From assembly GCF_006345805.1 (NCBI RefSeq), contig NW_021832382.1:230667-294666 (forward strand): a stretch of DNA of 64,000 nt. Reading direction: 5' to 3'. The stretch is from Octopus sinensis. Taxonomy: Eukaryota. Numbering within the stretch: position 1 is the stretch's first letter; each line of letters opens with the position of its first letter. A program made the position numbers and the translations under genes. Of this stretch, positions 48,151-59,699 are shown piece by piece. The notes beneath the pieces are model-generated. The model made no database searches. It was not told the origin of the DNA and saw only the letters and a program-made list of their open reading frames with translations.

Positions 48151-48334
48151 CCTATGTGCCCATCATCCGTATGGTGTTGATTGTGTTGAGTAATTATTAT
48201 TGGGGTTAGCATGGAAAGAGACATTTCGCTGCCTTTTTTATCTCCCGCTCATGATTTTTCCTTGTTCTTTGGATTTTTCTTGAACAATACAAACAATTCA
48301 ATTCAAAACTGAATAAATGTAGAAAAATTAAAAG

Positions 48335-49406
48335 TCATTCGGGCTGAATATCCGACTCGGTACTATTATCATTAATTTTCTTCTGCTGCATTCGTTTAAT
48401 AAGTTCTAATAATAAGTAAGGCTAACCAACCCCTAGCAGAATTAAATATGCCTTCTGTATCTTTGTTACACACAAAACACCTGCGAGTTTTTTTTGCCCT
48501 CTTAAGAACACACTCTTGACAAAAATAGTGTCCACATCTACAAAATAACTCCGAAAACTTGCTTAGTCAATACTGGCTGGATAAATTCTCTCTGACAAAT
48601 ACTACAAATATCTCCCAAATCTTCTTCACTCTCGATCTCATAGACTGAAGGGTCAGTTTCACCAAATTTTCCTTCTTCCAATTCTTTATCTATCATCCAT
48701 CCAGCCTTATAGTCAGTACGATCATGGAGAAACTTACAGCTGTCTGGCATTTAAAATAGTTTCTGAACCTCCAAATCCACAAAATCCAGTTTCTTTATAA
48801 TCTTTACACAAATCAGGATGATAGTCCCATCGAACTATAGAACGAATGTTTGTAGGGGCCCTCATTGGTCCTTTACGGACATGATTGCTGGCAGCATTTC
48901 CTGAAAGTTCGTTAGTTTTCTTATAAAAGTGTTGATAATTGTTCAATCCACGGTACACACCGTCATTCATATTCTCTGTGTTCTAGGAAGTATCGATAAG
49001 AGTCATACGTCGTTTATAAGCATAGACCTTTGGTAGATTGCCATAGCATCTCTGTCAAATTGAGTATCCTGGGAAAATTCCCGTATTCCGTCATCACCCT
49101 TGTTTACTAGTTCGTCCTTTGCTTTATATGAAAATAATTTTCCTTCCTTTGATCGGTCATAGTCGTGTGTACTTATTACTGTTTTGTGATTGCTCTAATA
49201 ATTATTTACAACTTCTTTACACTTTGGATGAGATCGTTCTCTACAAGCCGAATTTTTTTGGTTTTACAAGAAGTTGCAGTTGAATCTCCATCTTTCTCGT
49301 TACAAAAAATAATCTTACCACTAGAACTTGATTTAGTAGAGACTCTTCGATTATTCTTCCGATTGAACTTTCTTGCAGCAAAATTGCAAACATCTTTTTC
49401 ACTCAT
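48335..49406 (-). CDS. RNF113A: RNF113/CWC24 spliceosomal CCCH + RING protein
   Basis: [39 protein letters not shown]|[26 protein letters not shown]|CGHYFC..C..CFVC..GIFN. Confidence 0.95.
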
Positions 49407-49499
49407 TATATGCACCACAAAAATATTTAAATTTAATATAAATTAATAGTATTTTAGTCGAAAACTAAATATATAATTTTTATATGATAAAAATAGAAA

Positions 49500-49703
49500 C
49501 ATTGTTTTAATAGTAAGAAGTAAAGTCACAAAATTGAAGTGTTATTCTATCCAATCAATCATATCCACACAAAGTGTCGAAATACAAGTCGATTGTAAAA
49601 TAATTACAGACACGAATATTCAGTGCAACAAGCCTGACATATATGTATACGACAAAATTAAGAATGAAATTATTCTCATCGAAGTGGGAATCACTTCCCA
49701 GGT
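49500..49703 (+). mobile_element. RLE endonuclease fragment (R4/Dong-like)
   Basis: EIQVDCKIITDTNIQCNKPDIYVYDKIKNEIILIEVGITS. Confidence 0.75.
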
Positions 49704-50995
49704 TTGAATCCTACTGTTAATATCAATAGTCGAGTTCTCAATGTCTGTGTTACCAATCAACCCAATTTTATTAGGAAATCAGACCCTTCTGATTTTCGAG
49801 TACATTAACTTGTTCGAACCCTTCGATAATTTGCACAATATCTCTTTTTGAGTATTCATAATCTTCGTCAAGATTTGAGACCTACTGCGAAAATCGATAT
49901 TCGAGTTCTCGACGTATGCACAACCAATCGACCTGATTTATTACAGAGAATACGTCTTTCGTTTTTGTCGACTACATCAATTTGCATAAACTCCTAGAAG
50001 CCTGCATACCATCTCTAATTGAGTATTCGTAATCTTAGTCACAAGATTTTAACCTACTTTTAAGATCAATTTTCGATTTCTCAACGTGTGTGCAACCATT
50101 CGACCTGATATTTTAGGGAATCCGCCCCCTTGTGTTTTTCTAGTACATTAACTTGTTCGACCCTTCGATAATCTGCCTAATATCTCTTTCTGAGTATTCA
50201 TAATCTTCGTCAAGACTTGAGACTTACAGCGAAGATCAATATTCGAGTTCTCGACGTATGTGCAACCAATCAATCTGATTTTTTTAAGGAATCTGTCTTT
50301 CGTTATTGTTGCCTACATCAATTTGTTTAAAATCCTAAACGACCCCCTACAATCTCTAACTAAGTATACATAATCTTAGTCACAAAATTTGAAACCTACT
50401 GTTAAGATCAATTTTTGAGTTCTCAATGTGTGTGCTACCAATCGACCTCATTTTTTAAGAAAATCATCCCCTTGTGATTTTTGAGTACATTAACTTGTTC
50501 GAACCCTCCGAGAATCTGCCAAATATCCCTTTCTGAGTATTCATAATCTTCGTCAAGATTTGAGACCTAATGCGAAGATCGATATTCGAGTTCACGACGT
50601 GTGTGCATCCAATCAATCTGATTTTTTACAAGGAATCCGTCTTTTGTTTTTTTCAACTACATCAATATGCTTAAACTCCTAGAAGCATGCCTACCATCTC
50701 TAATTGAGTATTCATAATCTTAGTCACAAGATTTTAACCTACTTTTAAGTTCAATTTTCGATTTCTCGACGTATGTACAACCAATCAATCTGATTTTTTT
50801 CATGGAATCCGTCTTCTGTTTTCGTCGACTACATCAATTTGCATAAACTCCTAGAAGCCTGCCTACCATCTCTAATTGAGTATTCATAATCCTAGTCACT
50901 AGATTTTAACCTACTTTTAAGATCAATATTCGAGTTCTCAACGTGTATGCTACCATTCGACCTGATATTTTAGTGAATCCGCCCCCTTGTGATTG
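49703..50995. repeat. Satellite array, 171-172 bp monomer, about 7.5 copies, alternating A/B types
   Basis: Anchor GAGTATTC(A/G)TAATC, with small variants, at 49850, 50021, 50192, 50363, 50535, 50706 and 50878. Confidence 0.92.
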
Positions 50996-52060
50996 TCCAG
51001 TCTGATACACGGCCAATATCACATCCCATCGTCTTTTGGAGTCCAACAAAGAGACCCACTTGGGCCTGCCTTGTTCAGCCTGGGAATTGCTCCACTTCCC
51101 TGAGGGTATGGTATTTCGATGATTGCACAATGGGCGGCCATCCGAAGGATGTACTAGACTGCCTAAAAAGTCTGATAGCCCAAATGAAATCCCTATGCCT
51201 AACCCTAAAACTAATAAGTGTGAAGTTATCAATTTTGGATTTTCGTAGCCTGAATGGGACCTGATTCTTGATACATTCAGGGAGATCATTCCTAAAGCCG
51301 AAATCAGTAACACTGATGCTGAAATCAGTAACACTCTAATAACAATAGAACATCAACTAAAAACCACATTCAGACGTCTGAAGATGCTGAACGCACATAC
51401 CTCTCTATTCCTGCTAAGAAACGCCTTGTCAGCACAGAAACTGAATTACGTTCTTCGGGGTGCACCCTCCTACCTGAAAATGGAACAGTCTTTCCGGACC
51501 ACCATTGAACGTATCACTAATGTGAAATTTGACGTCCAAGGGTGGGACCAAGCGACCTTACCCGTTAATCTGGGCGGACTGGGAATCCCTTCACCGAAAG
51601 ATCTAGCTTGCCCCGCATATCTATTCTCTTTTGATTCCAGTCGACTGCTGATCAGTATGATTTTTCAACTTCAAGCAGAATCATCTGAAATCACAGACAT
51701 GGAGCATTCGCGAGGGATGATGCCTGAACAGAAAGATTGTTACAGGACCATCTGCGTGGATAAATATCGGAGGCTTCTGAACCAATCAAACCAACACAGA
51801 CGTGCCTGTCTAATGACTGAAAGATGCGAATCGAATGGAGTTTGGATCAACGCATTCCCGTTGGTAGTGTCGGAACCCATTTTGATGACGATACTGTCTG
51901 CATCGGCATCAGTACCAGACTTGGACTGGAGATTTGCCGGACTCACAAATGCCGGTGTGGCGCCACCGTCGATTGCTATGCCCTCTCTTTTAGAAATGCA
52001 GGACGATTCCCAAGATACAAGGCGATCAACAAAATTGTCAAGCGAGCCCTAGATCGCAGT
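50996..52060 (+). mobile_element. Degenerate CRE element
   Basis: VWYFDD, LLRNALSAQKLNYVLR, ATLPVNLGGLG, CRTHKCRCG, GRFPRYKAIN. Confidence 0.8.
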
Positions 52061-52450
52061 TTATAGAATTTTCTCACAAAACCGTTTCATATTCATACCA
52101 TGATACTGTAATTACCTTTGCATTGTGGATTATTCTCAGTTCACTAGCAAGCATGTCGTACGTATGGCGCTTTTCTACCTCAATTTTCTTTAAAACGATT
52201 TATCTCATTTCGTGTCCGGCTTGTTATTCTCAACTTCTTATTTGTATTCATTGTCGTAAAAATACGAATCTCCATATAGTTATCCGCAGCCACTGACTTA
52301 ACAAAATAAGTTTAACCCCATACTAAATAGGGTTAACATCAAACTAATTGGAATCAATAGAAAATCAAGTGGAATCAATCAAACTAAGTGGGTCTAGCAG
52401 AAAACTAAGTGGGACTAACAATAAATTAAGTGAATTCAGTAAATTAAGCA
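52060..52450 (-). mobile_element. Possible end fragment of another array-TIR transposon
   Basis: Degenerate ~20-21-bp units (AAACTAAGTGGG(A/T)CTA..) at 52320-52450 resemble the 27232 array. Confidence 0.4.
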
Positions 52451-52639
52451 GATTGTGGTCGAGACAACTGGAGGAATAAGCAGGAAATCGCTTCACTTCC
52501 TAAAGAAACTTGGACGCTTAGCCACATTAAAAACCACTACACACGTGAGACCCGGTGGCTTTCCAGTTGATCTCATTCTATCCGGCCGCTGAAATAATTA
52601 ACATTTTATCAAATAATTGAGGCAAACCCCTTTGAGGAC

Positions 52640-53070
52640 TCTTGAAACTGCCTGATTCCCATCACAGTTGGAACCGGTCGGCCTGATTCGGGAGGATGGT
52701 AATCGTCCTGACGACCTAACGACTTTCCCCTTCGAAAATGGCAAGTCGCTCATCTGGGACGCAACTTGCACGGACACCTTCTCCGCCGGAAACATCTTTA
52801 CATCAGGCGCAATGCCAGGCTCCGCAGCTAACCAGGCAGAAATGATAAAAATCAAGAAATACAGTGCATTATCTCACCGCCATATCTTTGCCCCGATCGC
52901 AGTGGAGACGTCGGGAGTCCTCGGTCCCAGAACTAAAAATTCCTTATTAAACTGGGGGACCTGGCAAGCAGAAGGAGAAATGATCATCGGGAACGATCAT
53001 GGCTTTTCCAACGCATATCAATAGCCATCTTGCGTGGAATTGCCATTCCATCTTATCCTCTGCTGCTATT
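52640..53070 (+). mobile_element. CRE endonuclease 3' fragment
   Basis: LEPVGLIREDGNRPD..FPFENGKSLIWDATCTDTF..KKY..AVETSG. Confidence 0.85.
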
Positions 53071-53939
53071 AAATATTTATTAACACTTTTTATCATTAAT
53101 TTTTTAATAATCAATCATCATTAAAAAATTGAGGTAAATCAATCATTTTTATTAATAGATAAAATATGCTAAAGGAGAGATATGGACGGTACCAATGGCA
53201 AGACTAAAAAATGATTAATTTTAATATTTTTTGTTAAAATGCATTATTCTTTCAACTCATTCAATGATTAAAATAGTATGATTTGTTCAAGGTAAAATGT
53301 AACCGGTTGCCCATGCGTATCCAGCCGCCCATGTCACAAAATATAAACAACAAAATGCAACGTGCTAATATGTCGATGTGTGCTCCATCTGGACCAAAAC
53401 AAAATAACAATATTATTTCTAGAGCAGGATGGACAACCGCATCGAAGAGGCAGACGTCCGATGGCAAGAACATAATGATGTTAGGTGTGTATCTTAGTTT
53501 TCCAGAAGTCATTAAAACCACAAAAACTAGGTTTGAAATTGAATTTAGAAAATGGAGATGAAGACACTGGCATTTGCTATTCACCAAGAATGCCACTGGG
53601 GAATACTAAAGTTCATACGAAGTGCTGTGAATTTTATTTTACTGTGAAACGCCCTATTATCGAACAAATTATAAAAAACTTCGAAATTTGTAAATTTGCT
53701 GGGCTGTTAAAAGTATTTTTGATTAAATATACTTAGGTATCCGATTCTAGTTACCATGTAACGGCAAAAGTCTAAATGAAAGATTCAAAGCGGATCTTAT
53801 TGATGTTCGAAGATACGAAGATTTTAACGTCTTTAGGAAAAACCTAAAGACGGGGGACGACCTGGACGAATTGAGATCACTCGCATACGACAGAGGAAAA
53901 TGGAAAAAACTAACCTAAATATCGTTACATTGAGTGTTG

Positions 53940-54380
53940 CACATGCGGGCCTATAAACATTATGGCTTTCGTGAAAGTGCTATAATAATAATTGGATATT
54001 AACAATTATTGACATCTACAGCAAATTCATGGTCTGCAAATTCATAAAAATAAATCTGCCTTTCGGAAAACTTAACATTTACTTCTAGAAGTTGGAAATA
54101 AATTTGAAAAATTTTTTGTCAAATAGGATATTGTTAAATTTTACAAACGGACAACGGATTGGAATTCAAAAATCAACTGATGGATCAACTATGCAAGAAA
54201 ATAAAATCAAACATATTTATGGAAGACCAAACAATCCCCAGTCACAAGTTTATAAATTTGAAATAAATTAGGGTGCAATTGAGCGCTTTAACCAAACATT
54301 TCAGCTAGATCTTGTAGATCTAAAAAAGTTTTCAGTCGTAAATAATAATTACAAATGGATTTTAACAGTCATCGATGTTA
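53940..54380 (+). mobile_element. Retroviral-type integrase (rve; Ginger/KRBA2-like) fragments, partly duplicated
   Basis: WILTIIDIYSKF, ILQTDNGLEFKN, then QLDLVDLKKF..YKWILTVIDV. Confidence 0.65.
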
Positions 54381-54779
54381 TAGTAGGTTGGTAGTAGGTC
54401 TCTCAACAATTTCTCTCGTTTGGGAATGGTGTCATTGACCACGTTGGTGAAGATGTTCGACCCGTCCTAAGCATGGGAGATGTTGTCGATCTTGTACAGG
54501 TAGGCCTATTCTGCCATCTGCAGGTGTTGTCAATCATTGGGTGTGTCTCTCTAAAGCATTTGAAAGCAAATAGAGTAGTGGGCTATTGCTGTGCGCTTGG
54601 GCCGACCGTGTTGTCGGAACCCTCGAAGTATGTGGATACTTTTTTCATTTGTCGTAACTTGGAGGAGTTGTATGAGTCCCGACTTTGCAGTGCTTTATTC
54701 GATGTGGACAGTTCATCCACTCGGGCTACTCTGCCCTTGCCTGATTTATGTCAAATAATGAATAAATTATGTTAGTCAA

Positions 54780-55790
54780 TTATCTCAAGTCGACTTGGAA
54801 GGCAGAGGACTTGAATTTGGAAATAAGTCGAGTAGTCCAGGGATCAACTCTTTTGATTTTGTCGTATTCTGCGATGGCATCCGCGAACCCCTCTTCGTCC
54901 TCCTGATCCACGGCCTCCATAAGAGCACAGAGGAGAGTATAATCCCGCGTATCACAGAAGGCAGGCACATCGAGGGCCAGTCGGTCGCAGGCAATGCGGG
55001 CGTTGGTGATATCCCCAAAACACAGGTGGCACAAACATGCTTTGAATGCGTATTCCGGGGCACCGTATTTCAGTAGGGCATCATTCGCCGTTTCTCGGGC
55101 ATACTGCGAGTCGAAATAGGTGACTGACCTTTTCGTAGATTTCGATGGCTTTGGGATAGTCCTCAGAATTGGCGGAGATGGTGGCCACGTTGAGTAGGCA
55201 TCTCTTGGCAGTGCTAAATGCTTAATAAATAGTAATTTACGCTTTTTGGTTCTCGTGGAGGAATAGCTCAGCCGACAGCTCATAGAATTGGGAGGCCTGT
55301 CATACTAAACAAATAGTGAGCACCTTGTTAGGGTCAGACACTGTTTTCTCGTAGATCTCCGCTATGGTCTCCAAATGGCGAGCGGCTATGGACAGCTTGC
55401 CCATGTCCTTTAATAGATCAACTGCCAACTGAAGGAGTCGAATGGATTCTAACAATTATTGCACTTTTCTCACCATTGATTTGACATGGTAATTTTCTTA
55501 GAGAAGAACTGGCCGTTACGTAACGATCGGCAGCATCAAAGTCTCGATTCAACTTTTCAAAGAGGACACCCGCTTGAGTGTATGCCTTTCCTGATGCTTC
55601 TGCGTTATTCTCCAGACGGAATGCATTCCCTGCGGCTGAATACAGCTCGGCCGCCTCCTCCATGCGCTGGGACTTATTAGACGTCCTATGAATTGGACGA
55701 GGACTGTCATACCCAAACAGAGTGGAAAGTATGCCATCTCGTTTATTCAGTTCTCCTCTGCTTCTGCTGACATTTTTCACCTTTCGACAT
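54780..55790 (-). CDS. NAPA: Alpha-SNAP (NSF attachment protein), about 5 micro-introns
   Basis: EEAAELYSAAGNAFRL, DMGKLSIAARH..IAEIYE, AIEIYE, LLKYGA, PAFCDTRD..EYDKIKRVDPW..DLR*. Two A-run indels near the 5' end. Confidence 0.93.
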
Positions 55791-56422
55791 TTGCACTTAC
55801 AAGAATTATAAAATCAGTTATCTATACTTAACAAAATTTAATCGAACAATATAATAATTTTATTCAAAACACTTTTTGTCGACGTTTTCCGTTATAAGCA
55901 TAATTTTCTCAATAATTTCCTATTTAGGAAATAAGTCATCGATACAATTCCTGAGAGGTCAGGAATTCACGACATTTTTTGCAGAAAATTTCTACAAACT
56001 AATTCCTGCTTTAATGATTATACGATTCTAATTTCAGTTGTGGATCAATAATGACACTTGACAATTAGTTCGTCAGTAATTAAACCAATTTCTCTCACTA
56101 ATAAAGCAGACGTGTTTGAAGTATTGCACAAACATTTATGGACAAAGAATTTGTATTGAATGGCTGTTTGTTTGCGGTAAGAAGATTTAAATTGATTTTG
56201 CGAAAAACATTAAGTCAGATTCCGTCAAATTGAATCGCAATATTTGACAAAAATAGATTGGAAGTCCACCCGATTTTTTTTCTATATTTAGAAAATAAAT
56301 TTTTAGGATGAAAATGACTCGATAATATAAAATAATAACCGTATAAAAAATTGTGATCAAAACTATTTTGAATATATAATAAATATAATTAATAAATATC
56401 GAGCAATGTGGCACTAGGAGAA

Positions 56423-58413
56423 ATGGACGGGGTTCTGAGCAAATGGACGAATGTCGTGCACGGATGGCAATACTGGTGGTTTGTTCTGGACAGAAACAAG
56501 ACAGAACTTGTCTACTACACAGTTAGTACCCCAAAGTCATACGAAACAGTCAAAAGACAAAATGAATAAAAAACTACCCCGAGGACGATTCAACCTGGAC
56601 GACGCCGTGGTGGGAATCGACGATGCCGATGACTGCACATTCACACTGACATGTGGGGATAATAAGGTCTTTTACTTCCAAGGCATGTCCTCCTCACTCA
56701 TCGACAGCCAAGGACTCGTCCGAACGAATGAATTGGGTCACCGAACTGGAGAATGTAATTTCTGCTGGATATCCAGTTCGTGACATTCCCTGACTTGTGC
56801 AGACCACGTCCTCCCCAGGGCCACCCGACCACCTCCTCTCAGTAGTGAGGACAGCAAAGTCCTTCGTTGGACTACTCCATGACCAGACAACCGTGTGTTT
56901 CCTCATCATGGCCTAGAAACTCCGCGACTCGATCACCAACGTGGAGGACTGTCAGCAAATCCTCTGCGGACTCGACGACAACCTGAAACTACTCTCCGGG
57001 GCCTTCGACGACATTGAGAAGACCGTGGTACCCCCTTTCCCTCAGTCCAGAAATCCTTGGACGAGGAACCCGGGGATTCCTTCAGCGCGGAATTCTACGA
57101 CTGTGCCCAATCGGTGTTGTGTGGCCCTCAGTTTGCAGGATGACGGAATGGAGGACGACGAACTGTACTGTGTGGAGGAAGAGGAGAGTCTCAACCTCTC
57201 CGGGAATCAGAGTGTGATCAAACATCTTCTGAAACAAGTGAGGATTGGAATGGACCTCACCAAAATAACTCTCCCGACCTTCATCCTCGAACGCCGCTCT
57301 TTTCTGGAGATGCTGGCTGACTTTTTGTCACATGGAGACATCTTTTCCAAGTTTGGTGTGCGGGTCGATGGCAGTATCACCACCTTCAAACTCCGAGAGA
57401 ACGGATGGTCCAGGTCGTCCGGGCATACCTCAGTTGTCTCCACGCGGGAAGGAATCCTGACGTTGCCAAAAAACCGTACAACCGATTTTGGGGGAGACTT
57501 TCCGCTGCTTTTGGCGTTTGGGAGAGGAGACGAAATGTTTGGGGGAGGGGGCTGTCCCGTGGGCCAATCAGGGCGACTTGACCTTTCTGGCCGAGCAAGT
57601 GTCTCACCACCCTCCCAGTGCTGTCAGTACTTGATTTCTTAGTCAGTGCCTTCTATGCCGAAAACAGGAGGCGCAAGTTTTCCTTTGAGGGACAAATTTG
57701 GACCAAGTCTCGCTTCCTCGGGTTTTCCGTGGGAGTGGACATGGTGGGAGTACCAAGATACGTCTGGGCGAACACGACGAGTCGTACTCCCTCACATTCC
57801 CGTCCGGATATGCCCGATCTATCCTCACAGTTCCCTGGTTCGAAATGGGTGGGAAGGTTGTCCTGTCGTCCTCCTCAGGATATTCGGCCACTGTCCAGTT
57901 CCACACAAAGGTTGTCTTCACTCCTCAATGTCCAAGCCAATGTACAAAAATACGAGAAATGAGATCACTGCAGAAATATATTCCCCAGGAGACAAGTCTC
58001 CGTTCTGCACAGTCAAGGGATGTTGGAATGGACTGATGATGGCCACTGATTCGACCAACCCTGTTTTGACTCAATTTAATTCGTAGGAGCCCTACCTTTT
58101 CTTCGATGCAGACAAGTCCATGGTTATTAGCAAAGTCGTCAAGCCGGTCAAAAATCAGGAACCCAATGAGTCCCGGCGGTGGAGTTTGTTGGACTGACTT
58201 GACGTAGTCTCTGGTTGGAAGTGACTCGAAACCTGTTTCGGAATGACGTGGTGAAGGCTACTGTCCATAAGCGTGAGTTGGAGGAGAAGCAGCGAATGGA
58301 GAGCAGACATCGACAGGAGAACAATATCACTCATGTCCCCAAGGTGGCATGCTTTGTTGAGGTGGTAGTACTTTGAGTTGGGTGAGGGAGACGTCTGGAG
58401 ATATAAACGTTAA
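56423..58413 (+). CDS. OSBPL9: Oxysterol-binding protein-related protein 9 (PH + ORD)
   Basis: [20 protein letters not shown]|[77 protein letters not shown]. Confidence 0.92.
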
Positions 58414-58469
58414 TTGAGTATATTCAAATTACTACTAATATCTATCATTTACAGATTTAATTGTTGCTT

Positions 58470-59340
58470 TTATTATATTTGGTCTTATTTGCCTCATTTT
58501 AATTTTATAAAACTCGGTTCTTCAATTAAAAATAGAAAGATCAGCGATAGCTAAAAGTTGGATTCTTGACCGTATTTGAAATTTTATCCCGGAAGCAGCC
58601 TTTCAACATGGCTTCGAGAAAGGACTGTCAACTACATTTCATTTACTGTTCCTGAAACAGTTTATTACAAAAGGGTTGGAAAGGAGACCTAAACAGGAAA
58701 AAACGATTGTATGCCCAATTGATATTCACAAGGCTTTTGACACGGTCTCCCGAAAAATTATTACGCAGAAAATTTACTAGTTGAATATGGAACCAAATTT
58801 AAAACTATGGCTCGCCAATTTTTTGAATGGACGTCGGGGTAGAGTCTACAAGGGCAATCGAAGATTTGCATCGAGGCTACTACCGAATGGAGTGCCACAA
58901 GGTTCTCCCTATCCCCCGTATTATTCAACCTAATGTTGAACGATATGCCTCTTCCTGAAAACAAGAATGATATTTTACTATCATATGCGGATGATATAAT
59001 CGTTGCATCGAGGGATATAGTCAGAGAAGCTACAAGAAGATTACAGAAAAATATAAATAACTTGTGTATATGCCAATCCTGTAAAGCAAGCCCGGAAAAG
59101 TCTGAGCTAACCTTTTTCACAACTAACAAAAGACTGGGGAATTTGTCGATAAATGTGACCATGGAAGGGAAATCAATTCCCCAAAATAAAACTTTAAAGA
59201 TACTAGGGATCACCTTTGACACATTTCTAACCTTTACTTTTGATACGGAAAACGTGTTTCTTAGAGCATTTCTTGGAAACTTGAAGACGCGCAAGGAACT
59301 AACGGATTAGAGTCTCTATACACCCAATGAATTAAACCGA
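58470..59340 (+). mobile_element. Degenerate Jockey/I-like LINE RT
   Basis: IDIHKAFDTV, LPNGVPQGSPLSP, LLSYADD, KILGITFD; same family as 9620-10830. Confidence 0.85.
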
Positions 59341-59699
59341 CAATTGGTTACGAATATACAGTATGGGGAAGCAATCTAGCATATACAAATGTCAAAAAAA
59401 TCAACAATATTCAAATGGAGATTTTAAACCTCCTAGCGAATGTCACGAAAAACAAAATTCAACCAAAGGAACTAGAAGAAATCGTGAAAGAAAACGGCGG
59501 AGACTTCAGAAAAAAAGTCCATGTTTGGGACCCCCGACCTCTTAGACAATGCGCTGTAGAACACACTGTGAATCGTGACTGGGCCATTTTATTCCTATAT
59601 TCTGACCACTGTTCTGAATAAATATTTTATGTGTGTACTAAAAGCATGAATCAGAGAAAAATAAACCAGGGACAAAAGTGCAACAGTAAAGTCTCTGCT

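Noticed and set aside
49874-49990. Satellite monomer derived from the RLE endonuclease (one unit reads ..TTNRPD..)
   Set aside because: Only a 4-residue match; frames are not kept between units and no other catalytic residues align.
2372-58413. Alternative genetic code to explain fragmented ORFs
   Set aside because: Micro-introns explain the breaks, and genes end normally in TAA or TGA.
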